Shown here in pieces: positions 11,648 to 24,260 of a DNA stretch of 64,000 nucleotides (within the stretch, counting starts at the first letter, position 1; every line of letters begins with the position of its first letter). The notes under the pieces are model-generated. The model was not told the DNA's origin. It saw only the letters and a list, made by a program, of their open reading frames with translations, and did not search any database. Source of the stretch: Hemiscyllium ocellatum (lineage: Eukaryota); assembly GCF_020745735.1 (NCBI RefSeq), contig NC_083438.1, forward strand, positions 33,292,443-33,356,442. Reading direction: 5' to 3'. The translations under genes were made by a program, and so were the position numbers.

Positions 11648-12625
11648 GCCGTCCCTCAGCACTGACCCTCAGACAGTGCCCACTCCCTCAGCAATGACCC
11701 TCCGACAGTGCGGCGCTCCCTCAGCACTGACCCTCCAGCAGTGCGGCACTCCCTCAGCACTGACCCTCCGACAGTGCGCCCACTCCCTCAGCACTGACCC
11801 TCCGACAGTGCGGCGTTCCCTCAGCACTGACCCTCCGACAGTGTCCACTCCCTCAGCACTGACCCTCCGACAGTGCGCCCACTCCCTCAGCACTGACCCT
11901 CCGACAGTGCGGCGCTCCCTCAGCACTGACCCTCCGACAGTGCGGCCCTCCCTCAGCACTGACCCTCCAACAGTGCGGCCCTCCCTCAGCACTGACCCTC
12001 CGACAGTGCGCCCACTCCCTCAGCACTGATCCTCCAACAGTGCGGCACTCCCTCAGCACTGACCCTCCAACAGTGCGGCACTCCCTCAGCACTGACCCTC
12101 CAGCAGTGCGGCACTCCCTCAGCACTGACCCTCCAGCAGTGTGGCACTCCCTCAGCACTGATCCTCCAACAGTGCGGCACTCCCTCAGCACTGACCCTCC
12201 AGCAGTGTGGCACTCCCTCAGAACTGATCCTCCGACAGTACCCACTCCCTCAGCACTGATCCTCCAACAGTGCCGCACTCCCTCAGCATTGACCCTCCAA
12301 CAGTGCGGCACCCCCTCAACACTGACCCTCCGACAGTGCAACACGCCCTCAGCACTGACCCTCCGACAGTGCGGCCCTCCCTCAGCACTGACCCTCCGAC
12401 AGTGCGGCCCTCCCTCAGCACTGACCCTCCGACAGTGCGGCCCTCCCTCACCACTGACCCTCCGACAGTGCGGCACTCCCTCAGCACTGACCCTCCAACA
12501 GTGCGGCACCCCCTCAACACTGACCCTCTGACAGTGCAACACTCCCTCAACACTGACCCTCCGACAGTGCCCACTCCCTCAGCACTGACCCTCCGACGGT
12601 GCGGCCCTCCCTCAGCACAGACCCT
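11648..12625. repeat. 32/33-bp minisatellite, about 30 copies, inverted relative to 7748-9128
   Basis: Unit CTCCCTCAGCACTGACCCTCCGACAGTGCGGCA is the reverse complement of the 7.7-9.1 kb unit. Confidence 0.95.
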
Positions 12626-12673
12626 CTGCTGTCAATGTGTCCATGACCCAGCAGTATCCCATCTGCCCTGTAC

Positions 12674-12973
12674 CTGTGTATGTGTCTGACTGAGTGACCT
12701 GTCCGGTCCTGTTGTTGATGGTTTGACAGATGATGGGATCGTGGTTATTTGGCTGTAATCTCAGCGTGCTCGTCACATTGTACAGTCCGTCTGCGCCCTC
12801 CTCTTCTCTCGTGCTCACTCGGCTCTGTGGGAGGGTTGCATTATTCCTGGTGTTCACCCATGTCAGCTGTGGTTTCGGGTATGCACCTGTGACTGTACAG
12901 ATCAGCTTCACCTCTTCTCCCGGTGAATGAACTGACTTTGCTGGGAGACTAATCTTTAGCAAACGTGGCTGTG
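12674..12973 (-). CDS. ICOSL/B7-like gene exon 4, IgC domain
   Basis: 300 nt, phase 1-1 (TGTCCAG|CA...ACAG|GTACAG). EEVKLICTVTGAYPKPQLTWVNTRNNATL...GLYNVTSTLRL...IIC has the C-W-C pattern and resembles the ICOSL C domain as I recall it (CTSINGYPRPNVYWIN...GLYDVVSVLRI). Confidence 0.92.
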
Positions 12974-13194
12974 CTGGACAGGTCAAGAGACAGACAGGAT
13001 TCATCAGCAATGGGAAAATCAGAGGATGTATCTCCCTGAGGATGTGAAAGATTAGAGCGTTGTCTTGGATAGAGGACATCTTACCCCCTTTAATTGTCAT
13101 CAAGTCCTTGATTAGAGCCCCTCCTCTCCACTTCTCGAATGGAAGCAGGCCATTCGGCCCATTCAGACCCACCCCTTCCCCTGCATTTCCTAGG

Positions 13195-13392
13195 AGAAAG
13201 TGAGGACTGCAGATGCTGGAGATCAGAGCTGAAAGTGCGTTGCTGGAAAAGCGCAGCAGGTCTGGCAGCATCCGAGGAGCAGGAGAATCGACGTTTCCTG
13301 AAGAAGGCCTCATGCCCAAAATGTCGATTCTCCTGCTCCTCGGATGCTGCCAGACCTGCTGCGCTTTTCCAGCAACACATTTTCAGCTCTGT
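13195..13392. mobile_element. Penelope-like terminal repeat pair in inverted (hairpin) arrangement, with a degenerate hammerhead
   Basis: Arms 13225-13292 and 13323-13390 are reverse complements with 2 mismatches; the loop contains CTGAAGA. Confidence 0.8.
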
Positions 13393-13407
13393 GTTTCCCA
13401 ATGCCAA

Positions 13408-16400
13408 CCCACTCTAACCTGCACATCCCTGGGCACTATGGGACAATTTAGCATGGCCAATCCACCCTAACCTGCACATCCCTGGGCACTATGGGACAAT
13501 TTAGCATGGCCAATCCACCCTAACCTGAACATCCCTGGGCACTATGGGACAATTTAGCATGGCCAATCCACCCTAACCTGCACATCCCTGGGCACTATGG
13601 GACAATTTAGCATGGCCAATTCACCCTAACCTGCACATCCCTGGGCACTATGGGACAATTTAGCATGGCCAATTCACCCTAACCTGCACATCCCAGGGCA
13701 CTATGGGACAATTTCCAATGGCCAATCCACCCTAACCTGCACATCCCTGGGCACTATGGGACAATTTAGCATGGCCAATCCACCCTAACCTGCACATCCC
13801 TGGGCACTATGGGACAATTTAGCATGGCCAATCCACCCTAACCTGCACATCCCTGGGCACTATGGGACAATTTAGCATGGCCAATCCACCCTAACCTGCA
13901 CATCCCTGGACACTATGGAACAATTTAGCATGGCCAATCCACCCTAACTGCACATCCCTGGGCACTATGGGACAATTTAGCATGGCCAATCCACCCTAAC
14001 CTGCACATCCCTGGGCACTATGGGACAATTTAGTATGGCCAATCCACCCTAACCTACACATCCCTGGGCACTATGGGACAATTTAGCATGGCCAATCCAC
14101 CCTAACCTGCACATCCTTGGGCACTATGGGACAATTTAGCATGGCCAATCCACCCTAACCTGCACATCCCTGGGCACTATGGGACAATTTAGCATGGTCA
14201 ATCCACCCTAACCTACACATCCCTGGGCACTATGGGACAATTTAGCATGGTCAATCCACCCTAACCTACACATCCCTGGGCACTATGGGACAATTTAGCA
14301 TGGCCAATCCACCCTAACCTGCACATTCCTGGGCACTATGGGACAATTTAGCATGGTCAATCCACCCTAACCTACACATCCCTGGGCACTATGGGACAAT
14401 TTCCAATGGCCAATCCACCCTAACCTGCACATCCCTGGGCACTATGGGACAATTTAGCATGGCCAATCCACCCTAACCTGCACATCCCTGGGCACTATGG
14501 GACAATTTAGCATGGCCAATCCACCCTAACCTGCACATCCCTGGGCACTATGGGACAATTTAGCATGGCCAATCCACCCTAACCTACACATCCCTGGGCA
14601 CTATGGGACAATTTAGCATGGCCAATCCACCCTAACCTGCACATCCCTGGGCACTATGGGACAATTTAGCATGGCCAATCCACCCTAACCTGCACATCCC
14701 TGGGCACTATGGCACAATTTCCAATGGCCAATCCACCCTAACCTGCACATCCCTGGGCACTATGGGACAATTTAGCATGGTCAATCCACCCTAACCTACA
14801 CATCCCTGGGCACTATGGGACAATTTAGCATGGTCAATCCACCCTAACCTACACATCCCTGGGCACTATGGGACAATTTAGCATGGCCAATCCACCCTAA
14901 CATGCACATCCCTGGGCACTATGGGACAATTTAGCATGGTCAATCCACCCTAACCTACACATCCCTGGGCACTATGGGACAATTTCCAATGGCCAATCCA
15001 CCCTAACCTGCACATCCCTGGGCACTATGGGACAATTTAGCATGGCCAATCCACCCTAACCTACACATCCCTGGGCACTATGGGACAATTTAGCATGGTC
15101 AATCCACCCTAACCTACACATCCCTGGGCACTATGGGACAATTTAGCATGGCCAATCCACCCTAACCTGCACATCCCTGGGCACTATGGGACAATTTAGC
15201 ATGGTCAATCCACCCTAACCTACACATCCCTGGGCACTATGGGACAATTTCCAATGGCCAATCCACCCTAACCTGCACATCTCTGGGCACTATGGGACAA
15301 TTTAGCATGGCCAATCCACCCTAACCTGCACATCCCTGGGCACTATGGGACAATTTAGCATGGCCAATCCACCCTAACTTGCACATCCCTGGGCACTATG
15401 GGACAATTTAGCATGGCCAATCCACCCTAACCTGCACATCCCAGGGCACTATGGGACAATTTCCAATGGCCAATCCACCCTAACCTGCACATCCCTGGGC
15501 ACTATGGGACAATTTAGCATGGCCAATCCACCCTAACCTGCACATCCCTGGGCACTATGGCACAATTTAGCATGGCCAATCCACCCTAACCTGCACATCC
15601 CTGGGCACTATGAGACAATTTAGCATGGTCAATCCACCCTAACCTACACATCCCTGGGCACTATGGGACAATTTAGCATGGTCAATCCACCCTAACCTAC
15701 ACATCCCTGGGCACTATGGGACAATTTAGCATGGCCAATCCACCCTAACTGCACATCCCTGGGCACTATGGGACAATTTAGCATGGCCAATCCACCCTAA
15801 CCTGCACATCCCTGGGCACTATGGGACAATTTAGTATGGCCAATCCACCCTAACCTACACATCCCTGGGCACTATGGGACAATTTAGCATGGCCAATCCA
15901 CCCTAACCTGCACATCCTTGGGCACTATGGGACAATTTAGCATGGCCAATCCACCCTAACCTGCACATCCCTGGGCACTATGGGACAATTTAGCATGGTC
16001 AATCCACCCTAACCTACACATCCCTGGGCACTATGGGACAATTTAGCATGGTCAATCCACCCTAACCTACACATCCCTGGGCACTATGGGACAATTTAGC
16101 ATGGCCAATCCACCCTAACCTGCACATTCCTGGGCACTATGGGACAATTTAGCATGGTCAATCCACCCTAACCTACACATCCCTGGGCACTATGGGACAA
16201 TTTCCAATGGCCAATCCACCCTAACCTGCACATCTCTGGGCACTATGGGACAATTTAGCATGGCCAATCCACCCTAACCTGCACATCCCTGGGCACTATG
16301 GGACAATTTAGCATGGCCAATCCACCCTAACCTGCACATCCCTGGGCACTATGGGACAATTTAGCATGGCCAATCCACCCTAACCTACACATCCCTGGGC

Positions 16401-17688
16401 ACTATGGGACAATTTAGCATGGCCAATCCACCCTAACCTGCACATCCCTGGGCACTATGGGACAATTTAGCATGGCCAATCCACCCTAACCTGCACATCC
16501 CTGGGCACTATGGCACAATTTCCAATGGCCAATCCACCCTAACCTGCACATCCCTGGGCACTATGGGACAATTTAGCATGGTCAATCCACCCTAACCTAC
16601 ACATCCCTGGGCACTATGGGACAATTTAGCATGGTCAATCCACCCTAACCTACACATCCCTGGGCACTATGGGACAATTTAGCATGGCCAATCCACCCTA
16701 ACATGCACATCCCTGGGCACTATGGGACAATTTAGCATGGTCAATCCACCCTAACCTACACATCCCTGGGCACTATGGGACAATTTCCAATGGCCAATCC
16801 ACCCTAACCTGCACATCCCTGGGCACTATGGGACAATTTAGCATGGCCAATCCACCCTAACCTACACATCCCTGGGCACTATGGGACAATTTAGCATGGT
16901 CAATCCACCCTAACCTACACATCCCTGGGCACTATGGGACAATTTCCAATGGCCAATCCACCCTAACCTGCACATCTCTGGGCACTATGGGACAATTTAG
17001 CATTGCCAATCCACCCTAACCTGCACATCCCTGGGCACTATGGGACAATTTAGCATGGCCAATCCACCCTAACTTGCACATCCCTGGGCACTATGGGACA
17101 ATTTAGCATGGCCAATCCACCCTAACCTGCACATCCCAGGGCACTATGGGACAATTTCCAATGGCCAATCCACCCTAACCTGCACATCCCTGGGCACTAT
17201 GGGACAATTTAGCATGGCCAATCCACCCTAACCTGCACATCCCTGGGCACTATGGCACAATTTAGCATGGCCAATCCACCCTAACCTGCACATCCCTGGG
17301 CACTATGAGACAATTTAGCATGGTCAATCCACCCTAACCTACACATCCCTGGGCACTATGGGACAATTTAGCATGGTCAATCCACCCTAATCTACACATC
17401 CCTGGGCACTATGGGACAATTTAGCATGGCCAATCCACCCTAACCTGCACATCCCTGGGCACTATGGGACAATTTAGCATGGTCAATCCACCCTAACCTA
17501 CACATCCCTGGGCACTATGGGACAATTTCCAATGGCCAATCCACCCTAACCTGCACATCCCTGGGCACTATGGGACAATTTCCAATGGCCAATCCACCCT
17601 AACCTGCACATCCCTGGGCACTATGGGACAATTTAGCATGGCCAATCCACCCTAACCTGCACATCCCTGGGCACTATGGGTTATAGTT
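13408..17688. repeat. 53-bp V-SINE-derived tandem array (GGCCAATCCACCCTAACCTGCACATCCCTGGGCACTATGGGACAATTTAGCAT)n, about 80 copies
   Basis: Period counted as 53 (13441 to 13494). A homologous unit is present once in the intact SINE at 27.0-27.3 kb. Confidence 0.97.
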
Positions 17689-18158
17689 GAGGTTGTATTT
17701 GAGAAATCTGAGGTGACGTTTGAGGTGGATTATTACTGGGGGGGTACCAAGTTCTGAGGGACGTGGATCGAGCAGAGGAAGGAATGTTTACCCTTTAGCA
17801 ACAGGGTCAATAACGGAGGAGGGGTGGGGACATCGATTTAAAGCAAAGAGCAGGAAGTTTCGAGGGGATTCGAGCGAAGGGTGGGGAATGTTTGGAACCC
17901 ATGATCTTACGAAGAGGGCGGGGCGGGCGGGAGAGGACGGGTTTGATGGCACCTTGCGTTGGCGGTGTCCCGATGGGCCGAAGGGCCTGTCCCTGCCCTT
18001 GTCACCATCCTCTGTTCTGAAAGTGTTTGGGCGAGGGTTTGGGAAACGGGTCGACCCCAGATTGGACGGCCCGGGCCGAATGGCCTTCTCTCTCCGCGCC
18101 GTTTCGAAACCAAATTGCTCCCCACCCCACCCCCCACTCGACTCCGAGCTGCCCGTAC

Positions 18159-18491
18159 CTTCGATATTTATGTGGAACCTGTAACACCGGACCGGATCCT
18201 GCGTCACGCACAGATAGGTCAGCTCATCGTGGGGACTGAGCGCCGTGAGACGGAGGGTGAAGTTACCCTTCCGTGGGTCGTCAAGGAAGTGTGAGCGGTT
18301 GACGTAGCGGACGTTGATGTTGCCACACGCCGACGGCGCTCCAGCGCAAAACGTGTTCACCAGTTCCACCTCACTGTCAGCCTCCGTCTGCCAGTACACC
18401 CGCTTGGCACCATTCTGGTAACACGGCAAGATCACCTGACCCCCGAACTGGCCCGTCACGTTCTGTTCCTGAACCCCATTGCAAGCAGAAG
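18159..18491 (-). CDS. ICOSL/B7-like gene exon 3, IgV domain
   Basis: 333 nt, phase 1-1 (CCCCAACAG|CT...GAAG|GTACGG). VILPC...VYWQT...NINVRYVNRS...GNFTLRLTALSPHDELTYLC has the V-set C, W and D-x-x-x-Y-x-C motifs; VYWQT and RYxNR recall ICOSL. Confidence 0.93.
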
Positions 18492-18599
18492 CTGTTGGGG
18501 ACACAGAGGAGGGCGAAAGAATGAGAACATAGAATATTCCAGCACAGTGGAACCAATCTGAAGCCCATCAAACCTACACTATTCCATTCTCATCCATAG

Positions 18600-19228
18600 A
18601 AGGCGTTTGGTATGCTTTCCTTTATTGGTCAGAGTATTGAGTACAGGAGTCTGGAGGTCACGTTGCGGCTGTACAGGACATTGGTTAGGCCACTGTTGGA
18701 ATATTGCATGCAATTCTGGTCTCCTTCCTATCGGAAAGATGTTGTTAAACTTGAAAGGGTTCAGAAAAGATTTACAAAGACGTTATCAGGGTTGGAGGGT
18801 TTGAGCTACAGGGAGAGGCTGAACAGGCTGGGGCTGTTTTCCCTGGAGCGTCGGAGGCTGAGGGGTGACCTTAGAGAGGTTTATAAAATCATGAGGGGCA
18901 TGGATAGGGTAAATAGGCAAAGTGTTTTCCCTGGGGTGGGGGAGTCCAGAACTAGAGGGGCATAGGTTTAGGGTGAGAGGGGAAAGATATAAAAGAGACC
19001 TAAGAGGCAATTCTTTCATGCAGAGGGTGGTACGTGTATGGAATGAGCTGCCAGAGGATATGGTGGAGGCTGGTACAATTACAACATTTAAGAGGCATCT
19101 GGATGGGTATATGAATAGGAAGGGTTTGGAGGGATATGAGCCAGGTGCTGGCAGGTGGGACTAGATTGGGTTGGGATATCTGTGTCAGCATGGACGGGTT
19201 GGACCGAAGGGTCTGTTTCCGTGCTGTA
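18600..19228 (+). mobile_element. CR1-type LINE 3' fragment
   Basis: ORF 18612-18965 has RT C-terminal motifs; same family as 1-437. Confidence 0.9.
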
Positions 19229-19234
19229 TGACGT

Positions 19235-19790
19235 TATATGCTTATCCAATGACCAATTAAATGCCCTTCAAGTTGGCGAGTCTACTCCTGTTGCAGGCAG
19301 GGCATTCAATGTCCCTACTACTCTCTGAGTAAAGAAACTACCTCTGACATCTCTTATATCACACAAGGAATTAAGGGGAGAGTGCGGTGAGTGGTGTTGA
19401 AATGCCCATCAGCTGTGATTGAATGGTGGAGTGGGCTCAATGGGCTGAATGGCCTTACTTCCTCTCCAATTTCTTCTGGTCTTTTCTGTCCTATATCTAT
19501 CACCCCCTCAGTTTAAAGCTATGCCCCCTCGTGCTCGCCATCACCATCTGAGGAAAATGGCTCTCCCTGTCCACCCTATCCAACCCTCTGATTATCTTGT
19601 ATGTCTCAATTAAATCCCCTCTCAACCTTCTTCTCTCCAACGAGAACAGCCTCAAGTCCCTCAGCCTTTCCTCGTAAGACCTTCCCTCCATACCAGGCAA
19701 CATCCTGGTAAATCCCCTCTGCACCCTTTCCAAAGCTTCCACATCCTTCCTATAATGCAGTGACCAGAACTGTGCGCAATACTGTGGCCG
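19235..19790 (-). mobile_element. CR1-type LINE 3' fragment (39.6 kb family), interrupted
   Basis: ORF 19500-19829: YCAQFWSLHYRKDVEALERVQRGFTRMLPG. Confidence 0.8.
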
Positions 19791-20134
19791 CACAAGAGTC
19801 CTGTACAGCTGCAGCAACTGTGGGACCATCGCACAATCTGGCCATTCGACCTGTCACTACCCGTGCGCGGTGTGCGCCAACCTCCACTCCGCCCTCATCC
19901 CTCCCCCTTGCCCTCCATCTGGGCGCTGCTGTGCTGTTTTCTCTCCACCCCCTACCCCACCTCCTGGGATGAAGGATCCCACTTCCTTCTGGGTAAGCTG
20001 ACGCTCTCAGACGCCAACCAAGTTCCCCCAAACCTTCGTCCTGTGGGAATATTTCCAATTGTCAGTGCTCTCTCCAATGGCCCAGACTCCCTCCAGCTCT
20101 TGGGGGGAGGGCGGGGTGGGTAGATCCCAAAACT

Positions 20135-21200
20135 TCATATGAAACAGGTCGTTGGCCCATCGAGCCTGGCCCCGCCCATTCCACAGGATTGTGGCGGATC
20201 CGATGTTCCTTACCTCGCCTTTCCCCGTGATTCCCCGACTGATCGGAAATCTATCTCGGCCTTAACTATACACAAGGACTCCCCCCCCACGGATCTCTGT
20301 GGTGTTCCAAAGACCCACCACCCTCTGAGGGAGGGGATTCCTCCCCATCTCCATCTGAAATTGGTGCCCCTTTATTCAGAGACGGTGCCCCCCTGGGTCC
20401 CAGCCTCTCCCAAGGGGAGGGGGAGAGGGGAGGGGAGTAACACCCTCTCAGCATTGACCCTGTCCAGCCCTCTGTTTGATCCCCTCTCATTCTCTCTAAA
20501 CCCCCAGAGTCCCAGCCTGTTCAGCCTTTGCTCATGAGACTATCCCTCTGCTCACAACCCTGAGAGAAGAGATGCCTGTTCACTTCCATCGTTCTTGAAG
20601 GGGAGCCCTTGATTCTGAAACTGTCTCCTCCCCCTTTTGCTTTGAGATTATCCTCCAAAGGATCCCTCAGGAACTTCTAAGATCACCTCTCCTTCCTCTT
20701 AACCCCGATGGGCAGCAGCTCGAAATGGCGAAGGCAGTAACTTTCTCACTGGGTTGGTCCCACAGCATGAGAACAGACCCTTCGGCCTAACCAGTCCATA
20801 ATCCCCAAACTAACCCAGTCCCACCTGCCTGCCCCATCTCCCTCCAACCCTTTCCTGTCCATGTCCTGATCCAAATGTCTTTTAAACGTTGTAACTGTCC
20901 CCAAACCCCTCACTTCCTCAGGAAGGTCATTCCACACACGGACCACACTCTGGGGAAAAACAAAACTTGTCACTCACGTCTTTTTGAAATCTCTCTCCTT
21001 TCACCTTATAGACATGCAGCCTACACTTGAACTCCTCCCACCCTCGGGAAAAGATTCCTACTGTCAACTCTATCCATAACCCTCATGATTACATTAACCT
21101 CCATCAGGTCATCTCTCAACCTCCCAAGCTCCAATGAAACAGGTCCCAGCCTCTCCTTATATCTCAAACCCTCCGTATCCAGCATCATCCTGGGAAATCT
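20135..21200 (-). mobile_element. Two older CR1 3' fragments (about 20135-20545 and 20780-21200)
   Basis: Degenerate RVVRVWNDLPEEV-type motifs and 3' UTR similarity. Confidence 0.6.
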
Positions 21201-21284
21201 CTTCTGAACTCCTGACTCATCTTCTGGGGCTAAGTCGATGGCACTTTCTAATAGTTGGATGTACTTTCTTCCAGTAGGAAAGCT

Positions 21285-21900
21285 GGGGCAGCTCAGTGGT
21301 TAGCACTGCTGCCTCCCGGCACCAGGGTCCCAGGTTCGATTCCAGCATCCCAAAGATGTGTTGGTCTGTGTGGATCATCCATGCTACATAGTGCTCAGGG
21401 GATGTGTAGGTTAGGGTGGATTGGCCATACTAAATTGTCCCATAGTGCCCAGGGATGTGTAGGTTAGGGTGGATTGGCCATGCTAAATTGCCCCATAGTG
21501 CCCAGGGATGTGCAGGTTAGGGTGGATTGGCCATGCTAAATTGTCCCATAGTGCTCAGGGGATGTGCAGGTTAGGGTGGATTGGCCATGCTAAATTGTCC
21601 CATAGTGCCCAGGGATGTGCAGGTTAGGGTGGATTGGCCATGCTAAATTGTCCCATAGTGCCCAGGGATGTGCAGGTTAGGGTGGATTGGCCATGCTAAA
21701 TTGTCCCATAGTGCCCAGGGATGTGCAGGTTAGGGTGGATTGGCCATGCTAAATTGTCCCATAGTGTCCAGGGATGTGCAAGATAGGTGCACTAAATTAG
21801 ATTAACCAGTCCACACCCACCCTCCGAAGAGTAACCCAGCCAGAGCCATTTCCCTCTGACTAGTCAGAGATAAATGTAGAGTAATAGGATAGGGGGATGG
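21285..21900 (+). mobile_element. V-SINE with deleted V-domain and about 7 tandem 53-bp units (21395-21780)
   Basis: Head GCTCAGTGGTTAGCACT...GGTTCGATTCC (Pol III A/B box-like). The array is in opposite orientation to 13.4-17.7 kb. Confidence 0.8.
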
Positions 21901-22554
21901 GTTACTCATTGGAGGGTCGGGTTGGACTTGTTTGGCCAAGGGACCTTTTTCCACACTGGTGGGATTCTATGATTCTAAGCTCGCCCAATGGTCATCGGAA
22001 ACAAAAGCCAATTCGTTTTTGAATTTAGGGAGGGAAATCTCCCAATCGGAACCCTCTAGACCTTCACTGGACTCCAGACCCACAGACCCTCAATCAGTCG
22101 AGGGAACCCAGACTTCCGGAGAACAGGCAGGAGAGTGGAGCCGAGGGCGGTCAGATCAGTTCCCATCTTGCTGAACTGCGGAGCAGTTTCGATGGGCTGA
22201 ATGGTCTGCTTCCGTTCTGACGCCTGAAGGACCCAGTGCCTGTGGGCAGCGAATGACACCATGGAAACATTTTTCCCAAAGATCTCACGAGGCAAGGAAT
22301 CCAAGGGCCACTCAAATGAACCTTTTGCTCAACCGTTTCCAATGCGAGCACTTCCTTCTGTAAAACCCAGTTTTCGTTATGCTGCTTGTGGTCTCCATAG
22401 AGCACTGACAGGGTCTACCGAAACTTCCCCATTCACACATCCCACTTCCCTCACACAGGACATGTCAAAAACATCGTTCAGATTCTCAGCCACTCGCTGT
22501 ACCTGCCCGATCTTATGATCTGACTTCCTTAAAAAGAAAATCCTACAAAGTGGG

Positions 22555-23252
22555 GGAGCAGGCCATTCAGCCGGTTGAGTGCATACTGACCCTCCAAAGA
22601 GCATCCCACCAAGACCCACTCTATCCCTGTGACCCTGCATTTCCCACTGCTCATCGCCTGAGCCTGAGCACTACGGGACAATTTCCCATGGCCAATCCAC
22701 CCTAACCTGCACATCCCTGGACACTACGGGACAATTTAGCATGGCCAATCCACCCTAACCTGCACATCCCTGGGTGCTATTGGACAATTTCCCATGGCCA
22801 ATCCACCCTAACCTGCACATCCCTGGGCACTATGGGACAAGTTAGCATGGCCAACCCATCCTAACCTGAACATCCCTGAGCACTATGGGACAATTTAGCA
22901 TAGTTAATCCACCCTAACCTGCACATCCCTGAGCACTATGGGCCACTTTAGCATGGACAATCCACCCTAACCTGCACATCCCTGGGTGCTATTGGACAAT
23001 TTAGCATGGCCAATCCACCCTAACCTGCACATCCCTGAGCACTATGGGCCACTTTAGCATGGACAATCCACCCTAACCTGCACATCCCTGGGTGCTATTG
23101 GACAATTTAGCATGGCCAATCCACCCTAACCTGCACATCCCTGGGCACTATGGGACAATTTAGCATGGCCAATCCACCCTAACCTACACACCCCTGGGCA
23201 CTATGGGACAATTTCCCATGGCCAATCCACCCTAACCTGCACATCCCTGGGC
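22555..23252 (-). mobile_element. V-SINE 3' tail plus about 11 tandem 53-bp units
   Basis: Tail-like sequence at 22555-22660 runs directly into the array. Confidence 0.75.
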
Positions 23253-23744
23253 ATTTTATGCTCACTGCCTCTCAATGCTTCCTGAGTAGATAAAAAAAAA
23301 CCCAGTTGGGTTTGAGTCTGAGAATGATGGCCAGAGCTTTCCGAAGAGGCATGGGGAAGGCCTTTGACACACGGCAGTGGGTCAGGTGTTCAGCTGGAAT
23401 CCGAGAGAGGTGTATTTCTTGTGTGAACCCATGATCTGAAGGGATATGGGCCCAGGGGTGTGGAATTGGGCCACGGGTGTTCTGACTGAAGGACGGAACG
23501 GACTCGATGGATTGAATGGCCTCCTTCTTTGTCTGTAACATGGGCAATCTCACAATTGGCCCTGTTATAGCCAATCTGCCAATTTCCCCACGGACTCACT
23601 GATCCTGTACCTATCCCTTAGATCAATCTTCACCCCACCCCACCTCACCCACCACTGACTTGAGACTGATCCTAGTGCCTACTAGGAAGTCCTCCATTGT
23701 TGCTAACGATGGTAGGTTGGAGGTTTATAAAATCATGTGAATGC

Positions 23745-24260
23745 TCTGGGATCAAATGGATGTTGGAAAACCTGAAAGGGTTCAGAGAAGATTTACAAGG
23801 ATGTTGCCAGGGTTGGAGGGTCTGAGCTACAGGGAGAGGCTGAACAGGCTGGGGCTGTTTTCCCTGGAGCGTCGGAGGCTGAGGGGTGACCTTATAGAGG
23901 TTTATAAAATCATGAGGGGCATGGATAGGGTAAATAGACAAAGTCTTTTCCCAGGGGTGGGGGAGTCCAGAACTAGAGGGGCATAGGTTTAGGGTGAGAG
24001 GGGAAAGATATAAAAGAGACCTAAGGGGCAACTTTTTCACACAGAGGGTGGTACGTGTATGGAATGAGCTGCCAGAGGATGAGGTGGAGGCTGGTACAAT
24101 TACAACATTTAAGAGGCATTTGGATGGGTATATGAATAGGAAGGGTTTGGAGGGATAAGGGCCGGGTGCTGGCAGATGGGACTAGATTGGGTTGGGATAT
24201 CTGGTCAACATGGACGGGTTGGGCCGAAGGGTTCGTTTCCGTGCTGTACATCTCTATGAC
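23745..24260 (+). mobile_element. CR1-type LINE 3' fragment
   Basis: ORF 23741-23986 has RT C-terminal motifs; the CTATGACTC tail joins the 70-bp array. Confidence 0.9.

Noticed and set aside
13408-17688. Regular arrays as CRISPR
   Set aside because: Head-to-tail units without unique spacers, no cas genes, and eukaryotic context.
23266-23281. 16-nt micro-exon with good acceptor and GTGAGC donor in intron 2 (minus strand)
   Set aside because: Inclusion between the phase-1 exons would shift the frame; no supporting evidence.
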